This document shows, piece by piece, positions 25,776 to 37,959 of a DNA stretch of 64,000 nucleotides. The stretch comes from Selaginella moellendorffii (Eukaryota; Plantae; Lycopodiophyta): NCBI RefSeq assembly GCF_000143415.4, contig NW_003314262.1, positions 410,078-474,077 on the forward strand, given 5' to 3'. The notes beneath the pieces are model-generated. The model made no database searches and was not told the origin of the DNA. It saw only the letters and a program-made list of their open reading frames with translations. How positions within the stretch are numbered: position 1 is the first letter of the stretch; the number at the start of each line of letters is the position of its first letter. The translations under genes and the position numbers were made by a program.

Positions 25776-27994
25776 CATCCAATGAACTTTTTATCATTTT
25801 GGTTGTGCTTTTGGGGATCCTTTAGCCTTTGACACCTTGGGGAGTTGGTTCCTTACATGTTGATCAAGTTAATTTTAATAGATTATGATGTTATTTCCTT
25901 TATGTGATACATTTAAGTTAATGATATTTTATGTTCTTTTAATTTTTTTTGTAAATTGTTTAGCATGCTATTTGAAATCTTAGGTTTGGCATCGCTTAAG
26001 TACTTTGGATCTTAAGTATGTGAACGTGCATTAATGATATAGAAGGCTAAAGTACAAAAGAAATAAAGATAAGGTTTGAGTGTTAATTTGCCCCTATAAC
26101 TACTGTGGCAACCACCACTTCTTTTTGTTCATAAGTCTCAATGTTTGAGTCTTGAGACTCAGAATGATGCTTCTAAACACAAGATTAATTTCCTATGCTT
26201 TATTCAAAAAATGGCATTATGCTTGAAAAGGATTACACACTCTATATGGAGGGATGAAGCACTCAAGCAAAAACTATCAAAGCTCGAGAAAAAAAAAGTG
26301 ACCCCATGTCGTGGAGAATAAAAAGTGAAGAGAAGCTTAGCTTAGTTTTATTATATCCTAGTTTTCTTTCTCTCCCAGTACTCAAAGCAAGATAAGTTTT
26401 GAGAACATAAAAGCTTAGAATGACTTACCCATGAGTTCAATTATAGCATGCATTATTCCTCTTTTCCAGTTTCTCCAGCTTCTTTATAATGTCTCTATAT
26501 GGCCTTCTTTAGAGCGATACGATACTAAGCATGGGATCCTGAAAATAAGAACAAACAAGAAGAAAAAAATGAACAAAGTCCCTTTTGTGATCAAGACTTA
26601 CACTTTCTCCTCTTGTAAATCTTCTTTGCCATTCATTGACCTCTTGCTTGCCATGCCCATGTTGGCAATGGAGACATTGATCCAGAAATGGGATCCCAAC
26701 AGAAAATCCACGACTCTATCAAAACTTACTACCATGCCAAAATTCCTTGATCACCGATGGAGTTCCTTCAAGCCATTCATTTTATTTTCTCTATAAGTGA
26801 AGGTATTTATGGCAGAACGTCACACTGCACTAGTAACTTCAATTGCTTGGCTAGTCAAAAATAGTGAAATGCTTTGTTGCAATGGTACCTTGTCATAGAG
26901 TGTATGTTGATAATAGTCTCGTCAAGGACACACTTCCAGACTTTTGTCGAATGTCTTCTTGTGTAACTATTAAGAGTTATGTTCATCCATTTTCTGTTGC
27001 ATCTAGATGAAAGTCCTATTGGATTGGAGCTCTCTGCCTGGCTCCTTAGTGTGCTGCTGCTGCTGCTTCACCGTCACAATCATCTGCTATCTCAACATCA
27101 CGATCTTCTGTAGTTCCACCAGATCACAATCTACAGAACTCACCAAATCTTGGCAATGATGTCAGTGCCAAGATCGATTGGACAGCAAGCGTCCTCTACA
27201 CATCTACAGATTTTCTTTATTTTAGGACAAAATACATTATTTTAGAATCAAACTTAAAAAATCATAGTCAATTTATATATTTGCAGCTGATCGATGTGGC
27301 AAAAGGGCATATCTCTACATATGGACCTTATACAAGGGAATTTTCTCAAACTGGATAATATAGAGAATTTTTGTAAGAAGACTTTTGCTGGAATGTTTAT
27401 TTGTATTATCGCTGATGGTCGGGTCACACCTTGGGCACCTCGGGTACCCCAAGCTACCAGGCTCTTTCACTTGGAAGTCCAAGGTCAACTCCTAAGAGGT
27501 TCTCCAGCAGCAGCTAGGATCATGGCCTGCAATAGAATGTGAAACTAGTTAGTCTCAGTAAGAAATAAAAAAGAGAAAAGCACCTGATCAAGAGACAGAG
27601 GTCAAACAATCGCGAGACGTTGAGGCCACAGTGAGAACATCTATCTCTCTGCGTTTAGTTTTTTCAGTCTGGACTAACTAGTTTAGTAGAGAATCCAAAC
27701 TCGTTTGGGGAGCCATGTAGAAGATCAAGGTACTTTTCTCGCTAAAGCCCTAAAACTAAAAAAGATTGTCTCTAAACTGGAATTTTTATAAACTTGGCAA
27801 TTACACTAAAAATTACAGAATTAAAAATTGTCCGTGTGAATGATTGCTAGACTCCTAGAGCTCCAGCGACCTCGGGATTCTAAAGAGGAGCTCGTCCTAG
27901 CGTTCCACCTTGCGGTGGTGATCGAATTCTCTGTCGATTGGCGATGTTGTTGCGCTTCTCAATTTGAATTTCAGCCGTTGATATTTGTAGTGTT

Positions 27995-29604
27995 TTACGG
28001 GTCGTGAAATCGATAGATACTAAAGAGGAAATCACTGAACGTGAGGCAACTCGTTTGGGTTGAGTTTCGCTTGGCACTCTCGTTTGCACACTGCTCCAAG
28101 TGAGCTAAAAGCTTTTGACCCTGTGAAAATAGAAGCTCAGCCTTGCTGTGTGAGCACTAAGTTTGCGAGGAAGAATTTTAGTACCTGTGGCAAGTCAGGA
28201 TCTATCCGAGCAATAACCAAAAGTCTGCGAAGATGAACACCCAGGAATGCTGGCCTGTAGAGGTATCCAGGAGTTATGGCTTGATATGCGTGCTTTAGAG
28301 CTTCTATTTGCTTGCACGAGAGACTCCGAGCCCTCTCAACTTGCTGCCATCGATCACAAAACCAACAGTGTTACGAGAAGAGAAGAACGAAGGGAAGAGA
28401 CTACCTTCTTGAAGTGCTTCGCTGGATTGTGCTCGTTTTTACATTTTCGAACTTTCGTGATGGGAACATAATTCGTGCTGAAGGGATGCCTCAAATCCAT
28501 CAAGAGAAGCTACAAAAAGGAAATGACACCAGAGCAAAGAGTCAGTAAAACAATTTTCTGTGTTAACATTCCATACCTCTATTTGTTCCTTTGGAACGCC
28601 TTTCTCTAGAACACCAAGCGTCGCTGGAGGGAACTCTACCTGCCTCTTTTGAAGAAGCTCGTACTCTTGTGACGTCATGGCAGAGTAGCAACCGGAGAAA
28701 GGATCATTGCAAGCCCACTCCCCTTCAAACTTACGCCTGATCTTTGGCCAGTAGAAAACTCCCCATCCTTCGCGAGCGTCCTTGCACCATCCTCCATCGT
28801 ACCAGTTCCCGTTCTGATAATACTGCACAGCAGTTTCAAGGACTGTCAGTGGTTCGCCGACAGAAGAAAAACCGAAAGAATCTGAGAAAACCTGCTTAGT
28901 CTGTAGAAACAAACAAGGAAAACGAACAGGAATGTTACAAGAGTTCCCTGACCATGCCTGCGGCCTTTAAACCATTCTCCATCGTATATGTCTCCATTGT
29001 TGTAGCGCAGGCAACCCCAGCCACCATGCTCGTTATCAACAAGCTCTCCTCTATACTCCTGTGAAAAGAGATTCAAGAGAAACTTGAGAAACTACAAAGG
29101 AAACAAAGAAGGAAACCGAGATAGTACCTGTCCATTGGTGTAGTGGACTTTGCCATAGCCAGATTTTCTCCCATATTCCCACTCGCCCTCGTAGAGCAAA
29201 TGATCTGGATTCTTCTTAGACTGAAAAATCCTGTGCTCGCCAGTCCCATGAGGAGCTCCTCCCAGAATCTCCCCAGCATATCGCCCTCCAGCGCGACCAC
29301 TCACGAGCATCCGACCCTCCTCGTCGTGGAACTCGGTCTTCTCCTTGACATACCTGGATTTTGGCTGCATGATCCCATCCGCTAGGTATGAAGTGAGCGA
29401 TCGCTGCACGGCTAGCAGCGATGGCGGCTCCACATCCCTGTGGCCGGCGGAAGGCGGCCTCATGAATTTCTTCACCTTGGGCTTGGTGGGAAGCTGGCTG
29501 GGGCGGCGCTTGTAATTCATCATCGGAATGGGAGTACCTGGGGGAGATGCTGGCGGCGAGTTCTTCTCTTCCGGCATTGGCGGCGGCGGAGAGGAAGACG
29601 CCAT
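27995..29604 (-). CDS. MORN-repeat protein (MORN3-like, probably flagellar/sperm), about 6 exons
   Basis: Tandem MORN motifs YEGEWEYGRKSGYG, YRGELVDNEHGGWG, YDGEWFKGRRHGQG, YDGGWCKDAREGWG. Spliced model ends ...LTFSDFLFSIYRFHDP-TAA. Confidence 0.85.
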
Positions 29605-29790
29605 CGCGATCGATCACGGGTTCCTACTCTTTCCCGCCTGACCTAAGTTTCAAAATAGAACGTGAAAGGGTAAACGTCATAGCGATCGACAATGGACGGC
29701 TCGGATTGGCCCTTGTTTGTTTGTGTGTTCGAAACCTGGTAGTGATAACGACCTTAACTGCTTTGTTTAGGTTTATGGGAGAAGGAAAAA
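29605..29790. promoter_or_regulatory. Probable bidirectional promoter between the MORN gene and SAS-6
   Basis: Only 186 bp separate the two divergent ATGs. Confidence 0.6.
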
Positions 29791-32484
29791 ATGGAGAGCC
29801 CTTCCGTCTTGTTCGAGAAGGCGATCCCAGTGACGATCAAGAGCTCCAGCGATCGACAGGCGCAGCTTACATTCCGGATTCTCGTGGGACGCAGCAAGCA
29901 TCCACGCAGCAGCAAGGTAAAAATGTCGCGATTTTGTTCTCGCATTGGAATGCCGATGCGCGGATGCGCGCCTTCCAGGTCCTCCAGGTCCAGATTTCGG
30001 ATGAGCTCGATCCGTTCTTTCTCTACTCGCTGGAACTAGACGACGAGGATTTCAAGAGTCTCAAGGTCGACCAGTGCATCCTCGTCGATTTCTCGGTTTT
30101 CCCTCACAAATTTATCGAGCTGCTGGAGCACTGTCTCGACGCCAAAAGCGAAGATCATCGGTACCTTCATCTCATGGACTTTCGCGTGTGAGCTCATGAC
30201 TTTGCTGGTAGATTTCTGGCAGTCTTGAATGTCCGGACGGGGGATTCGACGCTTAATGTGGTCGAAACGAACCAGTTCAAGCACGTCAACCATATCTCCC
30301 TTTGCTTTAGACAGGGTAACGATGCCACTGTGAAGTCATATCTTGCTGCAAGGCTGGGTGACTATAAGGTACGCTGCTTGAGTTTTCTCTTGTCACTAAA
30401 AGTTCCGTGAGAATTTCCAGGGAGAAAATCTGGATCTTCATCAAAAGCTCCAAAAGACACTGGAATCTCTCGAGAATTCCATCAAGGAAGCTGATAAACT
30501 GAAAGAGTACTTATTCGCTCGTTCTGTAAGAAAGTGCTAGCTAATAAGATTGTTTGCTTTGTTTGATGCAGAGATCTTGGCAGCTTCAAAGGAGCATATT
30601 CACGCGAAGTTACGGAGTTGACTGCGAAGCACACTGTGGACGTGTCTCGTGTGAAGGAGAAGGTTAGAAGCTTGCACATATTGATAATTTTGTTCCTCTT
30701 TCTCACGTTTCACTGGCGTAGGCAATGCAAGAATGTCTTGCGATGAAAGAAAAGCTGGAGCGAGACCGTGCCGACATGGAATGTCGCCTACGCTTGAGAG
30801 CTGATGCTCAGGAGAGTCACGTTTCCCAGCTGGACAAACAGGTAATTCTACAGCCATTTTATTGGTTTGCCCGTCTTCTCACCGAGGACGGATATGGTTG
30901 CCTAGTTGCGTGAGTTGACGAATATAAGGCACAATCTAGAAGTTAAAACTACTGAGTACAAAACGAAACTTGAAGTTACTGAAAAGGAGCTTGAAGAACG
31001 GCATCAGGTACCTGGTTTGATATTCTCTATTGAATGTTTAATCCAAACTGGCATGCAGGAATGTAGTTCGCTGCGCAAAAAAAATGTGGGCTACGACAAC
31101 AAGCTGCAAGACTACTCCAAGCAAATTAACCAGCATCTGATTCGCTTGGCTTCTCTAGAACAGGAAGTAAGGTAACTTTGTACTGTCGAGGACGAAAAAT
31201 AATCCCTGGATTCAGGTTCAAGCGAAGAATGATCTGCTTTCCAACATGACTAATCGACTGGAAAGTGAACTGTCTCATCGGTAGGTCTGTTGTTTTAATC
31301 AGCTCGGAGCACTGAAATCCAGACATTCCAGGGCAGCTTTGGAGATGGCTTTGAGGGATGCTCAAGCCGCACATGAACGGTTGGAAGAAAAAGCAAGTGC
31401 AAGCATCGCCGAGGCAAACCGATATTCCCAAGCTGTCGAGAGGCTGCAGGCGAGTTTTTGTTTTTGTTCTTGTTCTTCTCGCATGAACTACTTGTCTATC
31501 TACAGGGTGAGCTCAGGGCAAGCAAAGCTAAAGTGAAGCTCAAAGCACAAGTAACGTCACAACAGGAGACATTACTTCAAGAAAGGCAAGTGACAATTGA
31601 AAAAAACACGGCCGACAGCAACTTCATGCGTCAAGAAATAGCGAGCTTAAAGTCCGACAACGATTGTTTGAGAAAGAAGGTAACAGTTCTGGATTCCCGC
31701 ACGATTTCAACACATTCATTCGTAACAGGTGGACGAGTCCAAGGAAAAACTGGAGGAAATGCAAGAGATGGCAAAGTCTAACCAGCAAATGATTCAGTAC
31801 GTACAGATTTTTTTTTTTCCTGTGCGAAACCCACGGCGCTCATGTCTACGTTTCAGGTGGCTAAACCAGCAACTCACGGATTCACAGCTCGCAAAGCTTG
31901 GACACCACTCTAGATACTGCTACAAGAGTGGCGACAGCGCAACGAGAGGATTCGCAAGCCAGACGCTGTCATCACTGGTTGGGAGCTTATCATCGCCGCC
32001 ACCACTCAAGTCGAGCAGCAGCATTCTTCCACACACGCAAACACACGCGCACCTTCACGCCTCCAGCCCGAGCAGCGTCCTCACAAACTCGTTACTCTCG
32101 AGCCGGGGAGCTACAAACGGCTCCTCACCCGTGTCCAACACCGGCATCAGCAAAGTCGTATTCAAGCCTCCACAGAGCTGCGGTGGTGGTGGCGGTGGCG
32201 GTGGCGGTGTCCACTCGAGCAGCGCGACGCCGACGACCCCGACGCCGCTGGAGACATCGTCTCAGACGACGAGCGTTTCGATCTACAAGACGGACAACCT
32301 CGAGAGCAACCAGCGGACGTTCACGGTGGACATGAGGCGCAAGCCACACCTCTCGCTCGCGGAGCCGACGAGGCTTCCATACAGCTCCAGCCAGATGGTT
32401 CGCAGCGGCGGATTTGGCACGAGAACCGGAAGAACAACGGACGAAGAAATGTCGTCCATGTCTTCTCCAGTCAGCATTGGTTGA
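29791..32484 (+). CDS. SAS6: Spindle assembly abnormal protein 6 (centriole/basal-body cartwheel), multi-exon
   Basis: SAS-6 head domain (ISDELDPFFLYSLELDDEDFKSLKVDQCILVDFSVFPHKFIELLEHC; LNVVETNQFKHVNHISLCFRQGND...SYLA), coiled-coil exons, conserved WLNQQL motif, Ser-rich tail. Confidence 0.93.
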
Positions 32485-32551
32485 CTTTAAGGAAAAATTT
32501 GACCGTTGAAAGCCAAATCGTTTGACTGGCGCTTTAGGGTTCCTGGTGGCT

Positions 32552-33680
32552 ATGGCGGCCACTTGCAACATCGAGGGGCGAGGCGGTGCTCTCGCCCAGC
32601 TCGGCTGTCTCTTTGTCGATGTGATTTCGACTCTCGTAACATCTGCCGTGCATTCTTTGCGGCTTCTACTTCCTGGTGCTTCCTCCAGGTCTGGGAATTT
32701 CAAGCTGTATCAAGGCCGGGTGTGGCACGAGCGTCGCCGGCCTGTTTTGCATCGATTCGAGTACAACGTGAGCTACGCGCTGGTGGATCTTGAGAGGATG
32801 CCGGATTGGTTCCAGGCAAGAGCTGCGCTGGATCATCTCGGTCTTGATCAAGCCCGGGAAATTGCCGGGACAAAAGGTCCTGTGTAAGTAGAGGAATTTC
32901 TTTCTCTCCATTCGATTACAAACTGGAAGCTCGCTGACTGGGAATTTTTACAGCCATCTATTGACCATACCAGCGAGCGTGGGATACGAGCAGAATCCAC
33001 TGAGCGTTTACTATTGCTACGACATAGATGGAAGTTTGGCCAAGTGCATTGCGGAGGTATGAAAGAGACAACGTTTCTTATGAGATTAGATTTCTTTGCT
33101 TGAAGAAAGAGCTCTGTAGGTGACGAACACGCCCTGGGCCGAACGAGTGACTTTCGCTTTTGACCCTCAATCGGATATGGTTCCAAAGCCACTCCATGTC
33201 AGTCCCTTCATGGTGAGTTTTCCTTTTGTGATTCCATCCCACAAACTTAAACTTTTAAGCGCAGGACATGCAAGGAACCTGGAGGATTCAAGCGTCAAAT
33301 CCCAGTGAAGAACTGCAAATCGCGATTACTGTGCAGCACGCGGAACTTGGGAACAACTATTTCTCAGCAGTTTTAAAAGCCAAAAGAGTTGAGCATACCA
33401 AGGCTGCTGAACTTCTGTTCTGGCTGATGCCTCACAAAGTCGCAGTTTGGATCTATTGGCACGTAAGTTTCGTGCAACTTTGGATCCAACGTGTCCTCAA
33501 GTTCTTTCATCCTTGCAGGCTGTTGTGCTTCTCATAAAAGGTGTCCCATTTATCGCACATCCTAAATATGTGGATGGAATTTTATATCGAGAAGTTGCAA
33601 AGGGGCGAGATAAAAACCTGAATGGGAATATAGAACGGTATTGTACATGGCGGGAAGCGCATTGCTGGCCTTGGAAGTAA
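32552..33680 (+). CDS. DUF1365 family protein, 5 exons
   Basis: LYQGRVWHERRRPVLHRFEY, GYEQNPLSVYYCYD, EVTNTPWAER, KPLHVSPFMDM, IYWHAVVL...KGVPFIAHP. Confidence 0.9.
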
Positions 33681-34499
33681 GAGGGAAAAACAAAAATTGT
33701 AAGCTCTTATTAATTAATTACTATTAATAAATATTAATTTGTTGTCATTGAAATCCTAGTAGCTATTTGTATCAGTAGATCGAGCACTAAATGAACTAAA
33801 ATTTAACTTATACTGAATTTAGAAATCTAGATAGTGGATGTTTAAATCTTCTTAGCTTTAAAATCTAAGAATGGTTGAGAATTATTGAGAGATTATTGAT
33901 AGTAGTAATCTTGAGATCTTTGTCACCTTTACATCATTAATTCAAAAGATTTACAAGGATCTTTTCATCTTATTCTAAATCTATGCATGGCAGAGTCACT
34001 TTTACTCACCACTTATAAAGCATATATTATGTCTTGCATTGATTGGCTATTCTCAAATATAGGCATCTTCTCTTGGAGGAGTTTAGTGAACTGATTGCTC
34101 ATGAGATCATCAAAACAGCTTATTATAATCCATCAGTCTCATGCTTCTTGGTGAGTGCCACAATACCTTATAAACAGCTAATGAATGAAATAACATGCAA
34201 AGTAATACTTACCTGGGTGTTGAATGACTTCCCACCATCAATTATGTTGACAGTAAAGTGACAATGATGATGATCAGAAGAGCTTAGAAACTTGTCATAT
34301 TGCTCTATCCTTGCATGGTCCTGGTCATGAAGATCCAACCTCTTGTAAATCCCTAAAAACATTAGACTAAAACATTTAGTGTTAAGATCTCTAGGATTAT
34401 TCAAGTGTTACTCCATAGCCCTGTTCCTGGTTTTATACTTAAGAATTTACATTTAGTTCCCATTCCACTACCCATGGCACACATGTCCAAGGGTTAAGT

Positions 34500-37400
34500 T
34501 CTAGTCCATGATTATCATATAATAATTCAAGGTGGTGAAGAAACTTGGTTTTCCTGTGGAAAAGAATTCAGTAATCTACGAGGTGGTTATGGCAGATGGA
34601 CATAGCACTCGTGTTTACGGTAAATGGGGTCCGAGTGTTCCTTTGACGGTTCAAGGGATTCTCGACCATCCTTCATTCCAGGTTATGGATCTTGGTCGCA
34701 CAGATGTTATTCTTGGGAAGGAATGGTTTTATGATAGGAAGCCAAGGATCGATTGAGAGCGTAATGTTCTGCGTATCGAAGCTAGTGGCATTATAAAAGA
34801 GATTGTCGGGACAGACAATAGTGATACTCTATTGATTAACATTTTGGAGTTGGTGACATGCTCGCATGAGATAGTTAGGTCTTTTGTGGTGTACCCGTTT
34901 CTTTCTAATTTGATCATGTCTGATTTGGAGTACATTCGTGGGCATGAGGCATAGGTGGATTCCATTCAGGAGGAGTTCCGTGACGTATTTCTGGATGAGT
35001 TACGTAATGGTTTGCCTCCAGAACATGGAATTCAGCATGAGATTGACTTGGTTTCTGGAGCTACTCCTTTTCAGTGACAACCGACTCATACTAATCCCGC
35101 TGAAGATGAGGAGATTAATAGACAGCTTGCTAAATACCTTTGGAAAGGGTGGTTACAGATCAGCAAGTCTCCTTGGGCTACTCCAGTGGTGATGGTCAAA
35201 AAGAAAGATGGTACATGGTGTCTCTACATGAACTACAAGGGATTAAATGATAGGACAGTGAAGAATATGTTCCCGATCCCTCGTATCGATGATTTGCTCA
35301 GTTATCTTCGTGGAGCTCGATATTTTTCGAAGATTGATTTGAGGCAAGGATATCATCATATTTGTGTCAAGCCAGAGGATGTTCCGAAAACTGCATTTCG
35401 AACATGGACAGGTCACTACGAGTTTTTAGTGATGCTGTTTGGTTTGAAAAATGCTCCTGCAACTTTTCAGAGATTGATGAATCACGTTCTACAACCTTAC
35501 TTGGGAAAGTTTGCAATTGATTATTTTGATGATATCCTAGTATTCAGCTCTTCTTTGGAGGCACATGAGATGCATGTGCGAAGTGTTTTACAACTTTTGG
35601 GGACAACAAGCTCTACTCGAAGTTATCCAAGTGCGAGTTTTTTTTAGAGGAGATTGGATATCTTGGGCATTTGATTTCGGTACATGGAGTGAGAGTTGAT
35701 CCCGCAAAGATTTAGGCCATGGTTGATTGGCCTATACCTTCGACAGTGTATGATCTCCGTAGTTTCCTTGGTATGGCTGAAGTTTTTCGATGATTTGTGA
35801 AGGACTTTTCAGGGATAGTAGCCCCTTTAACTAATCTTCTCCAGAATATGTCGAAACATGCTACTATTCATGGTTGGGATGAGAAGTGTGAAGTGGCATT
35901 TCAACGTTTGAAGCAGTGTTATATCTCTACTCCGGTGTTGAAGATTTTTGATCCTGAAAAGCCACTTGTGGTGGAGACAGATGCAAGTGACATTGCTATT
36001 GGAGCCATATTGCTTCAAGTTGGGCATCCTCTTGCATACATGAGCCATAAGTTTGATGCCACACAGCAGAATTGGCATACTCGAGACAAGGAGTTGTATG
36101 CTGTGATTGCTGCTGTGAAGGAATGGCGACATTATCTATATGGATCGGACTTCCATGTGGGTTCAAACCATCAATCTCTCCAATATTTCAGTCGACAAAA
36201 GGATTTTCGAGGCCGCCTTGCTCATTGGCAAGAGTTCCTGCAGGAAATGTCTGTTAAGATCCGGTACAAGCATGGAGGTGACAATAAGGTGGCTGATGCG
36301 TTATTCAGGATGGTAAATTCTATCTTGTTTGTGAAGGTATCCAGCGATCTCTTGGATGAGTTTAAGAAGTTTGTTGACTTCGACTCCTTTATCACTGATA
36401 TTCGCGCAAAGGTTTTGTTGAGGGACACCTCTACAGATTTGAAGAGTGACAAGTTTGCGTCATTCGAAATACGAGATGGAATTCTAGTGAAGAAGGGACA
36501 TGTAGTGGTTCCTCGTATTGACAAACTCATCAAACAGATTTTGGTTGAGTGTCATGATATGCTAAATGCTGGGCATCCGAAGGTATTGAGAACATATATG
36601 TTGGTGAAAAGGCATTTCTTTTGGCCTGGGATGAAGTCAGATGTTGAGAAGTACGTACGTGGTTGTTTGACTTGCCATTCGGTCAAAGTTGATCATCAAA
36701 AGCTTGTTGGCCTCTATCATCCTTTACGTGTACCTGAGAATAAGTGGGATAGCATCTCGATGGACTTTATCATTGGTTTGCCCAAAACCTTTCGAGAAAA
36801 TGATGTTATTTGGGTTGTTGTGGATCATTTGACGAAGATGGCTCACTTCTTCCCTGTGAAGACAACAATAAAAGCTTATGAACTTACTCAATTGTTTGTA
36901 GACTAGTTATTCAATCTCTATGGTTTGCCGGGTGACATTGTGAGTGATCGGGGTCTTTGAAAAACTAGAGACTAAACTGAGTATGAGTAGTGGTGAGCAT
37001 CCAGAATCTGATGGGCAGATAGAGCACATGAATCAGCTATTAAAAGATATGCTACAGTCTTTTGTGGGAAACTTGATTCAACAGGGAGTATAGGAGAAAT
37101 ACTTGCCTTTGCTTTAGTTTGCTCACAATAGTGCTCATCAATTGGCTATTGGCATGTCTCCCTTTATGGCAATGTATGGCTATGAGCCTAGGTCTCCTGT
37201 GAGTTTGAATTTGGCTTTGGTTCGGGTTCCCCATGCTTGTGATTTCCTGGAAGATATGCAAGACAAGCTTGAGTTGGCAAAATTGAACATGAGGCAAGCT
37301 CAAGAGCGAGACAAAAGATTGGCTGATGAACATCGTCGTCATCAAGAGTACAAAGTTGGTGACAAGGTTTTCCTTAAGCTGTCAGATGCACAACGGTCTC

Positions 37401-37616
37401 TAAAAGGAGGTGGCAGTGCTAAGTTGTCTCCACGGTATTGTGGACCTTCGACAATTTTACAGTGTGTGGGGGATCTTGCATACACTTTAGACTTGCTAGT
37501 TAGTTCAAAGATTTCATCCAATGTTCCATGTGACCAAATTTAAAACATGTTTGCACTTTGGTGATATCATGGATCAGTCCATCATCCAGGTTCCAAAGAT
37601 TGATGCAAAGAAGGTT
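34500..37616 (+). mobile_element. Degenerate Ty3/gypsy chromovirus pol (PR-RT-RNase H-IN), 5' part
   Basis: DVILGKEW protease end; KKKDGTW...PIPRIDDL...FSKIDLRQGYH...FGLKNAPATFQR...YFDDILV RT; ETDASD RNase H; ECHD..AGHP/CLTC, WDSISMDFI integrase; KLSPRYCGP; FHVT. Multiple stops. Confidence 0.95.
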
Positions 37617-37959
37617 AAGCTCTATTTCGTTAAAGTGGGATTTATTCAGTAAAATGGGACTAGGTACAAATTTTCAAGTATTTGAAAATGACGTGAAATT
37701 ATATGTTTTTTGTCCAGGGGCTAGACATATCTGGGGCATGGTGACTAGCGCGGTGACTTTGTGTCCAGACTGAGTCCATCTGGTTGTATAATAAATCTCA
37801 TTGTCAAGGTGAACAAGCCGAATCTGAAGCTAAAGAAGAGCGATGGCATGCGCGCACACACTATTTGTTTGTTCATTGAGCGTGTGGTGAGCTTTCCAAG
37901 ATGAACGTCATTCCTATTAGCCAGACATATAACTTAATGGTGAGAACATTTAGATATTA

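Larger units (their letters stand above)
24554..25857. mobile_element. LTR-type insertion (solo LTR or collapsed element) spanning the assembly gap
   Basis: Termini TGTAAG...CTTACA flanked by an identical 5-bp TSD TGTTG (24549-24553, 25858-25862). Confidence 0.8.

Noticed and set aside
25305-25825. ORFs with SPRL/ESKT/LDSV repeats
   Set aside because: Translations of a 12-bp minisatellite next to a gap; open in several frames on both strands.
26400-27600. Possible exon fragments
   Set aside because: No coherent spliced frame or motif could be built.
37613-37620. TTAA target site (piggyBac/Sola3/Kolobok type)
   Set aside because: The right flank reads TTGG, not TTAA. The GGTT duplication with AAG...CTT termini fits both ends and restores the host frame.
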